From: Coraliomargarita sp. | GTDB lineage: Bacteria; Verrucomicrobiota; Verrucomicrobiia; Opitutales; Coraliomargaritaceae | Length of the DNA: 64,000 nt | Reading direction: 5' to 3' | Assembly: GCA_965216325.1 (NCBI GenBank) | Contig: OZ244160.1 | Location: forward strand, 1,920,001-1,984,000 | Shown: one piece after another, positions 30,469 through 42,712 of the stretch | Numbering within the stretch: position 1 is the first letter of the stretch | How the letters are laid out: every line of letters starts with the position of its first letter | Program-made: the position numbers and the translations under genes | The notes under the pieces: generated by a model | Told to the model about the DNA's origin: nothing | Database searches by the model: none | What the model saw: the letters and a program-made list of their open reading frames with translations, nothing else

Positions 30469-31503
30469 ATGAAAAAGAATCTATTCATCTTTCGCATCTT
30501 CTTCATGGTGGTCAGCCTATTGGGGTGCTGGATGATCTGGTATGCGAGTGCGGGTAGCTTGCAGTTATTGCCCGTTTTGGTGATCGGTATGGGGATTGCG
30601 TCTTTGGTGATTCTGACTGATTTACTGCTGCAGGGGTTTTCGCTGCGCGGCTTATCCGCGCTGACGTTCGGTTTGGCTGTGGGGGCTTTGATCGCTTGGT
30701 TGATCGGAAACTCGCCTCTGTTTGAGCCCTTGGAGGAGTCTGAGGAATTTGCAGGCACCCTGTATCTGGTGCGACTTTCGCTTTATATTGTCTGTATGTA
30801 TCTCGCCACGGTTATCGCGATGCGTGGTAAGGATGAATTTAATTTGGTCATTCCCTATGTTCGTTTTAGTGCAGAGAGCGTCGATGCGCAGGTGGTTGTG
30901 GTCGATACCAGTGCGTTGATTGATGGGCGCATTGCTGCGATTTGTGAAAGTCGCTGGGTGGGCTATGCGCTGGTGATTCCGCGTTTTGTTTTGACCGAGT
31001 TGCAGCGCATTGCGGATTCGTCGGATCCGACTCGCAAGGAAAAGGGGCGCCGCGGCTTAGAGGTGCTCGCTCGCTTGAGACAGATGCAGCATGTGGATAT
31101 ACGCATTCATGAGAGTGACGTGCCTTCCGCGGAGGCGGTTGATGCGAAGTTGGTATTTTTGGCGGTGTCGATGAAAGCGAGGCTGCTCACACTGGATTAC
31201 AATCTCGCGAAAATGGCTGAGTTTCATGGGGTCGAGTGGCTGAATATCGCATTGTTGGTGAAGGCTTTGAATAAAGAAATCTCGGTGGGCTCGCGCGTCA
31301 TGATACAGTTGGTCCGGCAGGGCAAAGATGCCGGGCAGGCGGTTGGTTATTTGCCCGACGGCTCGATGATTGTGGTCAATAATGGAGCTTCTCAGGTGGG
31401 TAAGGAAGTTCGCGTTGAAGTGGACTCTGTTGTGCCATCTGCCGGGGGGAAAATGGTTTTCGCGACCTATGCGCCCTCTGCTGGCCCGGTGGGGCAAAAG
31501 TAG
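30469..31503 (+). CDS. PIN/TRAM domain membrane protein (YacL-like)
   Basis: Four TMs, VDTSALIDGRI, P.FVL.ELQ.IADS, RGL..L, VD.KL, T.DYNL.K, GK...QAVGYL.DGSMIVV, GKMVFA. Confidence 0.92.
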   Translation: MKKNLFIFRIFFMVVSLLGCWMIWYASAGSLQLLPVLVIGMGIASLVILTDLLLQGFSLRGLSALTFGLAVGALIAWLIGNSPLFEPLEESEEFAGTLYLVRLSLYIVCMYLATVIAMRGKDEFNLVIPYVRFSAESVDAQVVVVDTSALIDGRIAAICESRWVGYALVIPRFVLTELQRIADSSDPTRKEKGRRGLEVLARLRQMQHVDIRIHESDVPSAEAVDAKLVFLAVSMKARLLTLDYNLAKMAEFHGVEWLNIALLVKALNKEISVGSRVMIQLVRQGKDAGQAVGYLPDGSMIVVNNGASQVGKEVRVEVDSVVPSAGGKMVFATYAPSAGPVGQK

Positions 31504-31564
31504 GCAAATGTAAGCCCTTTGTAAAACGGCATAGGGAGCGTTTATGTGCTTGAAGTAATGCCCT

Positions 31565-31646
31565 CGTTTTGTATGTCTTTTTATAGCTAGGGGAAGCTTC
31601 CCGTGGCAATTATATATAATACAATAATAAAACTAAGGAGTATCAT
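31565..31646 (+). promoter_or_regulatory. Putative pilin promoter and RBS
   Basis: AT-rich segment with TATAAT (31615-31620) and AAGGAG (31635-31640) 6 nt before the ATG. Confidence 0.45.
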
Positions 31647-31997
<351 letters not shown>

Positions 31998-32032
31998 TAT
32001 CTAGTTAGTAGTAAGTTGCTATATATTTATCG

Positions 32033-32066
32033 GCCGTCCACATGCTTGTGTGTGGACGGCTTTTTT
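32033..32066 (+). terminator. Rho-independent terminator after the pilin
   Basis: GCCGTCCACA-n8-TGTGGACGGC-TTTTTT. Confidence 0.85.
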
Positions 32067-32196
32067 GTGTGAGTATGGTTCATGTGCGTTTCGAGGCTTC
32101 TATTTTGGGTTTTTATTGCAATGAATGGAGCCGAAATCATTGAGTAGAGGCTGGTATGAGTGCTTCTAGCTAGCTTACTAATAGTGTTTATTTTGT

Positions 32197-33993
32197 ATGA
32201 TTCGATTGCTCATTTTAATTGTTATCGCCGTTTTTTCGATCTGTCTCGGTAGGTTCTGGTTGGACGATAGTTCTGCGGTTCGTCTTTTTGCAAAAACAGG
32301 TTACTGGTTTGTCACGCTCAATTTCGCTGTTTTTTGCTTCTGCCTGTATCGGGCTTACGTTTCGCATTTCCGGTTCTTGCTCAAGAATTGCGGTAAACGC
32401 TGTTTGATTCCGTGTATAGTTATTGGGTTAAGTCTCCTGTTTATATCACGTTCCGAAACAATGGGTTTTAAGACTATCATGGATGAGCATCTTATTGCAT
32501 CTACCGCGCGAGGCTTGCATATGGATCGTGAGGCGACTGCATCCATGCGTGTTCATCACACTAGCAGTCGGCAAATTTTGATGAGTAATACGGTGGATAA
32601 GCGGCCGATATTCATGCCATACCTGACTTCATTGCTGCATGACGTTGGTGGTTATCATCCTGAGAACAGTATTCGCTTAAATGTTTTTGTGCTCTGCCCC
32701 CTGCTGTTTGTCTTGCTTTACGTGTTAGGGTATCGCCTGTGGGGTGTCTGGGGAGGAGCGTTGATGTGTGGTTTGATTGCTACGATTCCGCTTTGTGGTT
32801 TTATTTTTAGAGGAGGAGGTCTGGAGATCCTCAATATGGTGATGATTGTCGCACTTTTGCTTATTGCGATGGACTTTTGGGAAGCCTCAGATGTGTATCG
32901 TTGCGGTGCGCTGTGCTTAGGTGCGACCTTGCTTGCTCAGACTCGTTACGAGTCGGTTATTTTTATCCTGCCTGTTGCCATTTTAATTGCGTTGGTATGG
33001 TTGAGGAGGCGGCGTGTAGAAGTCTATTGGCCCGTGTTGTTGTGCCCGATTCTACTCATTCCGTATTTGTGGCAAAATCGTGTGTTTAGTCTGAATGAGA
33101 AACAGTGGCAGCTTGAAGGAAAAGAGCGCCCTTTCGGATTTGAGTATTTCGCTGATAATTTGGAAAGAGCAGTTTATTATTTCTTCAATGTGGATTCGAC
33201 AGTGCCAAATTCTTGGCTACTGCCGGTCGCATCGGTTGTTATGGGGATGTTCCTTGTGCTGCTTCTAGTGCGAATTTTGCGAGAGAAGCGGATGAATCTT
33301 GATAGTGGTTTGGTGCCTTTAGGGGTTTTTCTACTGGGTTTTTTTGCGCTGTTTATACTATTACTTTGTTACTCTTGGGACTTCGGGGGAACAGTAGTTC
33401 AGCGCCTATGCCTGCCTCTGTATATTCCCATGGCGTTATGTGTCGTGGTGTTTTGTGTGGTTTCGAAAGTCTCGGTTGTTTGGCTGCGCGGAGCGTTGGT
33501 TCTTGGTTTCTTTGTATATAGCTTTGGATATGCGATTCCTGTGAATTCTAAGCGTGCATACAATATGGGGGTTGGCTGGATTGAGTATGAAGTCATTCAT
33601 GCGATGCTCGAAGCAGGGGAATTGGATCCAGAAGGGATTTATATTTCTGAAAACGCGAGTTTTTATGGCATTTATGGCTATTCGTGCGTTTCAAATCGTT
33701 CAGCGAATAAGAATAAGCAAGCGATCGTTAACTACATTGGACAACCTGGCGCTCGCCCGATATACGTTGCCACTCGACTTGCATACGCTGGGAAGGGTGA
33801 TGAGTTTTTCGACAGGAATTATAGTAGGCTCGACAGCGATTTTGAATTGGAGCTAGTGCATGAGCGTTGGATGTCGATTTCTCGTAAGTTGATTTTTAGT
33901 CGAGTTGTTGGGATTGAAGGGTATGAGCCTGAGGTGCTAGAATCTGAATCGACTTTAGATTATTATTTGAAATGCATGAAAATGCTCCCGTGA
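32197..33993 (+). CDS. Polytopic membrane protein, probable GT-C fold glycosyltransferase
   Basis: Many TMs, first-loop 'MDE' acidic motif, KRP.F, LAQTRYES motif; family assignment is inferred. Confidence 0.65.
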   Translation: MIRLLILIVIAVFSICLGRFWLDDSSAVRLFAKTGYWFVTLNFAVFCFCLYRAYVSHFRFLLKNCGKRCLIPCIVIGLSLLFISRSETMGFKTIMDEHLIASTARGLHMDREATASMRVHHTSSRQILMSNTVDKRPIFMPYLTSLLHDVGGYHPENSIRLNVFVLCPLLFVLLYVLGYRLWGVWGGALMCGLIATIPLCGFIFRGGGLEILNMVMIVALLLIAMDFWEASDVYRCGALCLGATLLAQTRYESVIFILPVAILIALVWLRRRRVEVYWPVLLCPILLIPYLWQNRVFSLNEKQWQLEGKERPFGFEYFADNLERAVYYFFNVDSTVPNSWLLPVASVVMGMFLVLLLVRILREKRMNLDSGLVPLGVFLLGFFALFILLLCYSWDFGGTVVQRLCLPLYIPMALCVVVFCVVSKVSVVWLRGALVLGFFVYSFGYAIPVNSKRAYNMGVGWIEYEVIHAMLEAGELDPEGIYISENASFYGIYGYSCVSNRSANKNKQAIVNYIGQPGARPIYVATRLAYAGKGDEFFDRNYSRLDSDFELELVHERWMSISRKLIFSRVVGIEGYEPEVLESESTLDYYLKCMKMLP

Positions 33994-34084
33994 TTGTTAT
34001 ATCTGTTTTGCATGTAACTCTGTGTTGTAGCCTTTTCCTGTTATATTGCCTTAAATTGTTAGTTAGCCTGTTTAAAATTTCGTT

Positions 34085-35756
34085 ATGCTTGCTCCAGAAA
34101 TGACAGGAAATTGGTCTTCCAACAAATCATCAATTCGTTGGCGCACTGTATCGTTTGTCCTTTATTGTTTGGTCGCCCTGGTTGGCGCACTTACTGTGCT
34201 GGACTATGGTATGAGCTGGGACGAGCCTTTTCGGTTTCGTGGCGGTGATGAGAAGTTGGCTTATTATAAGCAGTTGTTGGCCGGTGAAGAGGTGGAGCCT
34301 TTGACGGATACGTATCCTGGCTTGTTTGACCTCCCGTTAGCCGTGATCCATGAATGGTTTCCGGAGTTCGGGACTCGAAGTGAGAAGGGGCATTGTATTG
34401 GCTTGGCCTTTGGTATGCTTGGTATTTTTGCCGTTTGGAGGTTGACCGCGTGCTTGGGAGGCGAGCGAGCAGGTTTTTGGGCATTGCTGTTTCTGGTTGT
34501 GATGCCTCGTTACTATGGGCACGTCTTTATGAACCCGAAGGATTTGCCGTTTGCTGTAACTTACATTCTAGGTGTATGGGCGGTGGTGCATTTGTTTCGT
34601 AGAATGCCGAAGCCCTCATGGCGGGTGGTTTTGCTAATTGGGTTAAGCGCTGGTTTTGCTCTTTCGACCCGGGTTGCAGGTCTGTTGATTCTGTTTTATT
34701 TTGCGCTGTTTGTCGGGGTGTATCTTTTGTGTCGTTATGTCGCGAGTGCTCTGGAGGGTGATCGTAAGACGTTGAGACAAATGGGTAGTGATGGCGTCTT
34801 TTGGCTCGTTCGGGGGTTACTTTCTGGCGCTGTGGCGCTTTTGGTTTTGGCGTTTTTTTTGGCCAACCTTACATCAAAACCCAGTTGAGCAACTGGCGAA
34901 TGCTACAGGAAGTGCCCAGAACTATGATTGGAACGGACGTGTGCTTATGGATGGACAGTTTTGGAAGGCATCGGATCTTCCTTCTGATTACGTGGCTAAC
35001 TGGCTTCTACGCACGACGCCGGAGCATATCTTAGTGCTGTTGGTGGTTGGAGTTTGTGTCTGTTTAATTGCAGTGAATCGCATGATTCGTGAAAGGCGCA
35101 TTGATTGCTTGTCGAGACTTCTGCCTTTGGCGGTGCTTGGCTTTAGCTTTGTGTTTCCAATCGTGTATATTATTTTGAAAGAGCCTGTTCTGTATGACGG
35201 GATGCGGCATTTTCTTTTTGTGGTTCCTCCCGCTGTTTGCCTTTCAGCATTAACAGTAGAGTCGGTTTTGAGATATTTGAACCATCGCTGGCGGTTGGTT
35301 GCTCAGGTGTCGTTAATGATGGTGTTGCTGACTGTCTTATTGGACATGTGGCGTTTGCACCCCTATCAATATATATACTTTAACTCGCTATCCGGTGGGT
35401 TGAAGTCTGCTTATCTGCGTGATGAAACCGATTATTGGGGGCTGTCTCACAAGGAGGCTGGAGATTGGCTGAATGCTTATGTGGCGACGCTGGAATCGGA
35501 GAATAGCGAAGCGTATACGGTTCACCAAAAGTATTCTTCGTGGATGTTGCGGGCTGCTTTGGACGAAGATCGTTTTAATGTGTCACTATCCCCTAAGGGA
35601 GCAGATTTTTACGTGGCAATTACACGCATGAATTTTCATGCGCGTTACCCGCAGTTGCCCATTCTGCATGTAGTTCAGCGTGATGGTGTGCCTCTTTGTT
35701 ACATTTTCGGTATGTCTGAGGCGGTGTTGCCAATAGTTGTCGATCTCAGTAAATAA
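34085..35756 (+). pseudogene. GT-C (ArnT/PMT-like) glycosyltransferase split by a frameshift in a T8 run at 34853-34860
   Basis: 5' ORF has DYGMSWDE, YPGLF, PR.YGH..MNPKD.PFA. 3' ORF has WP.L..NP, P..Y...W, LYDG.RH..F, HPYQY.YFN, DYWG. T7 would read through as LAFFWPTLHQNP. Confidence 0.8.
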
Positions 35757-35777
35757 CGTAGCAGTGAATTTTGTATA

Positions 35778-36365
35778 ATGAATCCGGATACAACTAATTT
35801 TGAAAAATTTCAGACTGCAAACCCAGTCGTTCGTCACTTAATAAAGCGTTTTTTTAGTCGTGTCCGTTGTCGTGTGGGGTCGATGTCTAGTCAGAATATG
35901 TTGGATGCCGGTTGTGGTGAAGGCATGTCGCTGTTTCAGCTTCGGGATTTGTTGCCCGAGTCTGTGAAGGGTTTTGATATCAATTCTGACTGTGTTGCTT
36001 ATACCGCTAAGCAATTCCCTGATGCAGGCATTACGCAGGAAGATATTTTCAAGTTGCCGTATGAAGATGCAGAGTTTGACTTGGTGATATGTTTTGAGGT
36101 TATGGAGCATTTACCTCGTCCCGAAGATGCGCTACGTGCCTTGAAACGTGTCGCTAATAAGCGTATCATTATCACGGTTCCGCATGAACCATGGTTTCAG
36201 TTAGGTAGCTTATGCCGGGGTAAATACTTGAAGACTTGGGGCAATCACCCAGAGCATATTAACCATTGGTCTCCGCGTAGTTTTGAGAAGTGGTTGAGGG
36301 AGGAGTTTAATGAGGTGGAGGTCGAAACCTCATTCCCGTGGATTATTGCGGAGGTGCGAGTGTAG
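35778..36365 (+). CDS. Class I SAM-dependent methyltransferase
   Basis: LDAGCGEG, FDLVICFEVMEHL, ITVP.EP, HINHW. Confidence 0.9.
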   Translation: MNPDTTNFEKFQTANPVVRHLIKRFFSRVRCRVGSMSSQNMLDAGCGEGMSLFQLRDLLPESVKGFDINSDCVAYTAKQFPDAGITQEDIFKLPYEDAEFDLVICFEVMEHLPRPEDALRALKRVANKRIIITVPHEPWFQLGSLCRGKYLKTWGNHPEHINHWSPRSFEKWLREEFNEVEVETSFPWIIAEVRV

Positions 36366-36373
36366 CTGTAGAG

Positions 36374-36793
36374 ATGCTCTTTACTAATAGAGAACTCTTT
36401 GAGAAGTTCCGGCCGATTTGTGAAAGGTTTGGGCGCTTAGGAATTGTTGCGGTGTTCAGTTTTCTTGCAAACACGTTATTGACCGTGGCTTTTGCTGAGC
36501 TTGGTAGACTTTCGCCTGAGCTCGCATTTGCGATCGTTCTCGTTCTGGTTTTCTTTGTGAATTTCCTGTTAACCCGTTTTTGGGTGTTTGCAGACCGTGT
36601 GACCGAATCTAATTTATGGAATCACTTGGTGAAGTGTCTTATGGTTTCCGGAGTGTTCAGGTTCTTGGAGTGGGCTACTTTCGCACTTCTATTGCGAGTT
36701 CTGGATGTGAGTTATCTAGTGCTTCTCGTCTGCGTGCTTGTGGTTTCGTTTGCAGTCAAGGCTTTGATTTATGACCGACTGGTATTTCGTTAG
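36374..36793 (+). CDS. GtrA-family lipid-linked sugar flippase
   Basis: About 139 aa, four TMs, NF.L.R.WVF motif, ends ...LVFR. Confidence 0.8.
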   Translation: MLFTNRELFEKFRPICERFGRLGIVAVFSFLANTLLTVAFAELGRLSPELAFAIVLVLVFFVNFLLTRFWVFADRVTESNLWNHLVKCLMVSGVFRFLEWATFALLLRVLDVSYLVLLVCVLVVSFAVKALIYDRLVFR

Positions 36794-37743
36794 GACCTGG
36801 TTTGTCGGTGGTCGATGACGTGGCCGCCTGAGTTTGGCTTTGTTTGGCGTGTGATCATTTCGGCAATTAAGCCAATTGAGAGTAATTGTGCGCCGAGCAG
36901 CATTAATAGAATGCCCAAGAAAAAGAGTGGTCGACCGCTGATGGATTCACCGAGCACGATCTTTGCAAAGGATAACCAAGCAAGGATGCCGAATCCAGAG
37001 GTGCCAGAGGCAAGTCCGAGGCCTCCAAAGAAGTGAGCTGGCCGACGCATATATCGTGCCATGATGACGACAGTGATCAAATCAAGCAGGCCCTTGAGGA
37101 AGCGTTTGCTGCCGTATTTTGAAACACCGTGCTCACGAGGGTGATGATTCACTGCGATCTCACCAACTGTAAAGCCTTCCGCATGTGCGAGTATTGGAAT
37201 GAAGCGGTGCAGTTCGCCAAAGAGTTGAATGTTTTTGGTGACTTCTCTGCGATAGGCTTTGAAGCCACAATTAAAGTCATTCAGCTGCACGCCGCTGGCG
37301 GCGCGAGCCAGTGTATTAAAAACTTTTGAGGGTAATGTCTTGTCGATTGGATCGTGGCGGAACTTCTTCCAACCAGAAACCATGTCGTCGCCAGTGTTTA
37401 GCTTTGCAAGGAAAGCCGGAATTTCGCATGGGTCATCTTGCAGGTCAGCATCCATTGTGATGATCACTTCGCCTTGGGCATGGTCGAAGCCAGCTTGCAG
37501 AGCTTCGGCCTTGCCGAAATTACGTCGAAAGCGGATCAGCTGAATATGTTCCGCTTGTTTGGTTTGAAGTGATTCCAGCTTGTCCCATGAGGAATCGGTG
37601 CTTCCGTCGTCGACAAAGATCACTTCGTAGCTGCCGAGTTGGTTGCTTTCGACGACGCTCTTTATCTGCTCGAACAAGGTTTCGACTGTCGCCTCCTCGT
37701 TATAGAGAGGAATCACGAGGGAGAGCTTCAGAGGTTCTTTCAT
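36790..37743 (-). CDS. GT2 polyprenyl-phosphate glycosyltransferase (ArnC/GtrB-like)
   Basis: SLVIPLYNE, FVDDGSTD, RNFGK..AL.AG, MDADLQDDP, DFNCGFKAYR, GELHRFIP; two C-terminal TMs. Confidence 0.92.
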   Translation of the reverse strand: MKEPLKLSLVIPLYNEEATVETLFEQIKSVVESNQLGSYEVIFVDDGSTDSSWDKLESLQTKQAEHIQLIRFRRNFGKAEALQAGFDHAQGEVIITMDADLQDDPCEIPAFLAKLNTGDDMVSGWKKFRHDPIDKTLPSKVFNTLARAASGVQLNDFNCGFKAYRREVTKNIQLFGELHRFIPILAHAEGFTVGEIAVNHHPREHGVSKYGSKRFLKGLLDLITVVIMARYMRRPAHFFGGLGLASGTSGFGILAWLSFAKIVLGESISGRPLFFLGILLMLLGAQLLSIGLIAEMITRQTKPNSGGHVIDHRQTRS

Positions 37744-37859
37744 GAGATCGTTCTTTTCCTTCGGGATGATTCGATTTGAGCCGAATCTGGCAAGCAGAGT
37801 TTCGGCTTACTTGTATTTAGTGATTGCGATTGGACCTGCTTCTGACAATCCCAATAGCC

Positions 37860-38558
37860 ATGTCACTACTGGTTTCTATTGTTATTCCGATCTTTAACGA
37901 GAAGGAAACTTTGCATGAGATTATTGACCGCGTTCGCTCCGTTGAGGGTATGGCGGTGAAGGAAATCATCCTTGTTGATGACCACTCGACGGATGGGACG
38001 CGTGATTTGTTAGAGGCGGGTTTCAATGAACCGCTTTTCGTGAAGCTCTTTCACGAAGTTAATCAGGGCAAGGGAGCTGCCTTGCGGACTGGCTTTGAGC
38101 ATGCGACCGGGGATATTATTGCGATTCAAGATGCGGACTTGGAGTATGACCCTGCGGAGCTCCCGGGGTTGATTCGCCCAATTGATCAAGGACAGGCTGA
38201 TGTTGTGTTTGGATCCCGGTTTATGGGCGGCGGGGCGCATCGCGTCGTCTATTATTGGCACATGCTGGGCAATCGCTTCCTGACGACACTGAGTAATATG
38301 ACCACGAACTTGAACCTGACGGACATGGAGTGCTGCTATAAGCTTTTTCGCCGTGAGGTTTTGGAGCAGATCACTGTTGAAGAAAATCGCTTCGGTGTTG
38401 AGCCAGAATTGACCGCTAAAGTTGCAAAACTGGGTGTGCGTGTTTACGAAGTTGGTATTTCCTATTACGGGCGAACCTATGAAGAGGGGAAGAAGATCGG
38501 CTGGAAAGATGGCGTGCGTGCAATCTATGCGATTTTAAAGTATCGCTTTATTCGCTAG
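37860..38558 (+). CDS. GT2 dolichol-phosphate-mannose-synthase-like glycosyltransferase
   Basis: [57 protein letters not shown]. Confidence 0.92.
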   Translation: MSLLVSIVIPIFNEKETLHEIIDRVRSVEGMAVKEIILVDDHSTDGTRDLLEAGFNEPLFVKLFHEVNQGKGAALRTGFEHATGDIIAIQDADLEYDPAELPGLIRPIDQGQADVVFGSRFMGGGAHRVVYYWHMLGNRFLTTLSNMTTNLNLTDMECCYKLFRREVLEQITVEENRFGVEPELTAKVAKLGVRVYEVGISYYGRTYEEGKKIGWKDGVRAIYAILKYRFIR

Positions 38559-38561
38559 ACG

Positions 38562-38592
38562 AAAAAGCCTCCAGAGACGATCTCTGGAGGCT
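38562..38592 (-). terminator. Terminator between convergent GT2 and sigma factor genes
   Basis: AAAA-AGCCTCCAGAGA-cga-TCTCTGGAGGCT. Confidence 0.8.
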
Positions 38593-38615
38593 GGTGTAAA
38601 ATGGGTTTGGAGAAC

Positions 38616-39629
38616 CTAGCTGTGCTCGGCGAAGAATTCGCGAAGCACTTCGAGCTTTTTTTCCTCTATGCGTTCTTGTTTGACTTCTTCCTTGGTGCGT
38701 TGGCGTTCGTTTTCAGTCATCATCCGGCGCATTTTGTGGATCGCCATGTTCTGGATTTGGCGCACGCGCTCGCGGGTGATGTCAAACTGTTCACCGACCT
38801 CTTCGAGTGTCATTGGATGGTCGCCGTTCAGGCCAAAGCGTAGGCGGATGATGTCCGCCTCGCGTTCTTCCAAGTGGGCAATGATGTCATGCATGTCATT
38901 GCTGAGTGACTTTTCTTGGAGGTTCTCAAGTGGTGTGGTCTGATTGTCGTCGCTGACCAAGTCGCCGAAGCTGGTGTCGCCATCTTCGCCGACCGGTGCA
39001 TCCAGTGAGGATGGGCGCACGCTGACGGACTTGAGGTGGGCCACCTTATTGATGGGCATGCCCATCGTGTAAGCGATTTCTTCGTCAGTCGGTTCGCGGT
39101 CGAGTTCATCGGCCAGTTTGGCGGTGATCCGACGCATTTGCGCGATCTTGTCCACCAGGTGAACTGGGAGGCGGATTGTTTTGCTCTGGTTGGCGAGGGC
39201 GCGCTTAATCGACTGCTTGATCCACCAGGCGGCATAGGTGCTGAGCTTGCCACCTTTGGAGGGATCGAAGCGCTCGACTGCCTTGATGAGGCCAATGTTG
39301 CCTTCACTAATTAGGTCGAGTAGCGGCAGCCCAAAATTGTTATAGTCGTGGGCGATTTTGACGACGAGTCGCAGATTTGCCGATATCATGTGGTCGCGAG
39401 CCGCTTTGTCGCCCTTCTTAATGCGGGCTGCAAGCTGGATCTCTTCTTTAACCGTAAGGAGCTCGGTTTTTCCGATTTCCTTCATGTACGCGCTCAATCC
39501 GCTACGTTCTTCGTAGCTGAGGCGATCGGTTGGGGTAGTTTGTTCGGCAGCGGACGAGCGTGGGACGCTCGGAGTGGTTTGCAGCCGATTGCGGCTGCGG
39601 GTTTTGGTAGTTACCGATGTCTTTGCCAT
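38616..39629 (-). CDS. Sigma-70 family RNA polymerase sigma factor (RpoD/RpoS-like, no region 1.1)
   Basis: Y.KEIG...LL..EE, ANLRLVV.IA, DLI.EGNIGL.KAVERFD, STYA.WWI.Q, TLEEVG..F..TRERVRQI. Confidence 0.93.
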   Translation of the reverse strand: MAKTSVTTKTRSRNRLQTTPSVPRSSAAEQTTPTDRLSYEERSGLSAYMKEIGKTELLTVKEEIQLAARIKKGDKAARDHMISANLRLVVKIAHDYNNFGLPLLDLISEGNIGLIKAVERFDPSKGGKLSTYAAWWIKQSIKRALANQSKTIRLPVHLVDKIAQMRRITAKLADELDREPTDEEIAYTMGMPINKVAHLKSVSVRPSSLDAPVGEDGDTSFGDLVSDDNQTTPLENLQEKSLSNDMHDIIAHLEEREADIIRLRFGLNGDHPMTLEEVGEQFDITRERVRQIQNMAIHKMRRMMTENERQRTKEEVKQERIEEKKLEVLREFFAEHS

Positions 39630-39769
39630 GGTTGTTAAGGATTTGGGTATCGAAGCGCAATTTGCGCATCAATTAGGAGTTTGGACTCCAATTTATATTC
39701 CAACGTTCATAAAAAAACGCGGAAGAATCCTAGAGCTTACAACAAAAATGCCGTTAGGCAAACGGGAGG

Positions 39770-41269
<1,500 letters not shown>

Positions 41270-41337
41270 GAAGAACGTTGTTCCGAGAACGTAGTTCGAC
41301 AAGACCTGATTTTACAAAGTAAAAGACCGGATCACGT

Positions 41338-41444
41338 TGAATATCGAACTTCGAACGTCGAATCTTTTTCTTACAGCACAGGCAGCTACGAATGGCATCG
41401 AAGCATTCACCATTCAACGTTGAGCGTTCGATGTTCGACGTTCA
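41338..41444. repeat. Inverted heptamer arms (TCGAACN type) in the purK-trpE spacer
   Basis: tgaatatcgaacttcgaacgtcgaat versus attcaccattcaacgttgagcgttcgatgttcgacgttca; the right arm includes the purK stop codon. Confidence 0.75.
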
Positions 41445-42584
41445 AGCGCCTTGGAGGCGCGCAAAGTGTGCTTCGGCGCTCGCCAGGGTGGCTTCGATCT
41501 CGTCGCCGATCACGTTGAAGTGGCCCATCTTGCGTCCGGGGCGTGCCTCGCCCTTGTCGTAGAGATGCAGCTTGACCATCGGATCGCTGAGCAGGCCTGA
41601 CCAGTCAGGTTCGCCGCTTTGCCACACATCGCCGAGGAGGTTGATCATCACGGTTGGGCGCAACAGTTCAGTTGAACCGAAGGGTAGGTCGGCGACCGCG
41701 CGAATGTGTTGCTCAAATTGGGAGGTCACACAGCCGTCCATGCTGTAGTGGCCTGAGTTGTGCGGGCGTGGCGCCATCTCGTTGATGATGAGGTCGCCGT
41801 CGTGAGTTAGGAATAGTTCCACGGCGATCAGGCCGACGACATTCAACTTGTCGGCGATGTCGCGTGCCAGCTGCTCGCCGGCCGCGCGGGTGGCGTCGGT
41901 TACGCGGGCTGGCACGATCGAGGCGTGCAGGATGTGATGCACGTGCACGTTCTCGGCCATCGGGAAGGTGGTCTTGGTGCCGTCGGCTTTGCGGGCGCAA
42001 ATGACGGAGAATTCACCGATATGGTGGATCCATTGCTCAATGACCACACGTGGTGGCTCACCAAGCTTCAGCCACAGGCCTTCGCAATCGGCTGCGTCTT
42101 CGGCAGAGTTGAGCTTGATCTGGCCTTTGCCGTCGTAACCGAAGGCCGCGGTTTTGATTACGCTCGGGAAGCCGATGGTCTCGATGGCAGCTTTCAGGCT
42201 CTCAGCGGAGTCGGCATATTCGAAAGGCACGCAGGGAAGGCCGCTCTCCTTGAGAAAGTCTTTTTCGCGCTGGCGGTGTTGGCAAATGTGGAGCGCTTGG
42301 GTGCCAGGCATGACGGGCTTGAGGCTGCCGAGCATGTCGACGACCTCCGCAGGAATGTTCTCGAATTCCAGTGTGATGATGTCGACCTCTGCGGCGAAGG
42401 CGCGCAGTGCGGCCTCGTCTGAATATTCGGCGTTGATCTCCTTGTCGGCGACCATGCCTGCCGCGCAGGGACCCTTGGGCTCGAATACGTGAAAGCGGTA
42501 GCCGAGGTTGCGGCCTGCGAGCATGAGCATGCGGCCGAGTTGACCGCCGCCGAGAATACCAATTGTGCTGCCTGGAGTGATCAT
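41442..42584 (-). CDS. purK: N5-carboxyaminoimidazole ribonucleotide synthase
   Basis: IGILGGGQLGRM, EFEN, GYDGKGQ, NEMAPRPHNSGH, SQFEQH.RA, R.GRKMGH. Confidence 0.96.
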   Translation of the reverse strand: MITPGSTIGILGGGQLGRMLMLAGRNLGYRFHVFEPKGPCAAGMVADKEINAEYSDEAALRAFAAEVDIITLEFENIPAEVVDMLGSLKPVMPGTQALHICQHRQREKDFLKESGLPCVPFEYADSAESLKAAIETIGFPSVIKTAAFGYDGKGQIKLNSAEDAADCEGLWLKLGEPPRVVIEQWIHHIGEFSVICARKADGTKTTFPMAENVHVHHILHASIVPARVTDATRAAGEQLARDIADKLNVVGLIAVELFLTHDGDLIINEMAPRPHNSGHYSMDGCVTSQFEQHIRAVADLPFGSTELLRPTVMINLLGDVWQSGEPDWSGLLSDPMVKLHLYDKGEARPGRKMGHFNVIGDEIEATLASAEAHFARLQGA

Positions 42585-42622
42585 GAGGGAGTGAATTCGT
42601 TGAGAGGAATGCGTCTGTGAAT

Positions 42623-42698
42623 GGTAGGGATCGTTATCCTTAACGATCCGCTCGGTCAATCGAACTGGCGCGGCGCGTTAAGGATCGCGCGCCCTACC
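42623..42698. repeat. REPIN-like pair of GTAG palindromes
   Basis: GGTAGGGATCGTTATCCTTAACGATCC ... GGCGCGTTAAGGATCGCGCGCCCTACC; related pair at 48865-48935. Confidence 0.75.
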
Positions 42699-42712
42699 TG
42701 TAGTTTTACAGT

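Noticed and set aside
31520..31620. Sigma-54 promoter for the pilin
   Set aside because: TGGCA is present but there is no correctly spaced TTGC (-12) element.
34788..35756. Independent 322-aa gene
   Set aside because: Better explained as the 3' half of the frameshifted GT-C gene starting at 34085.
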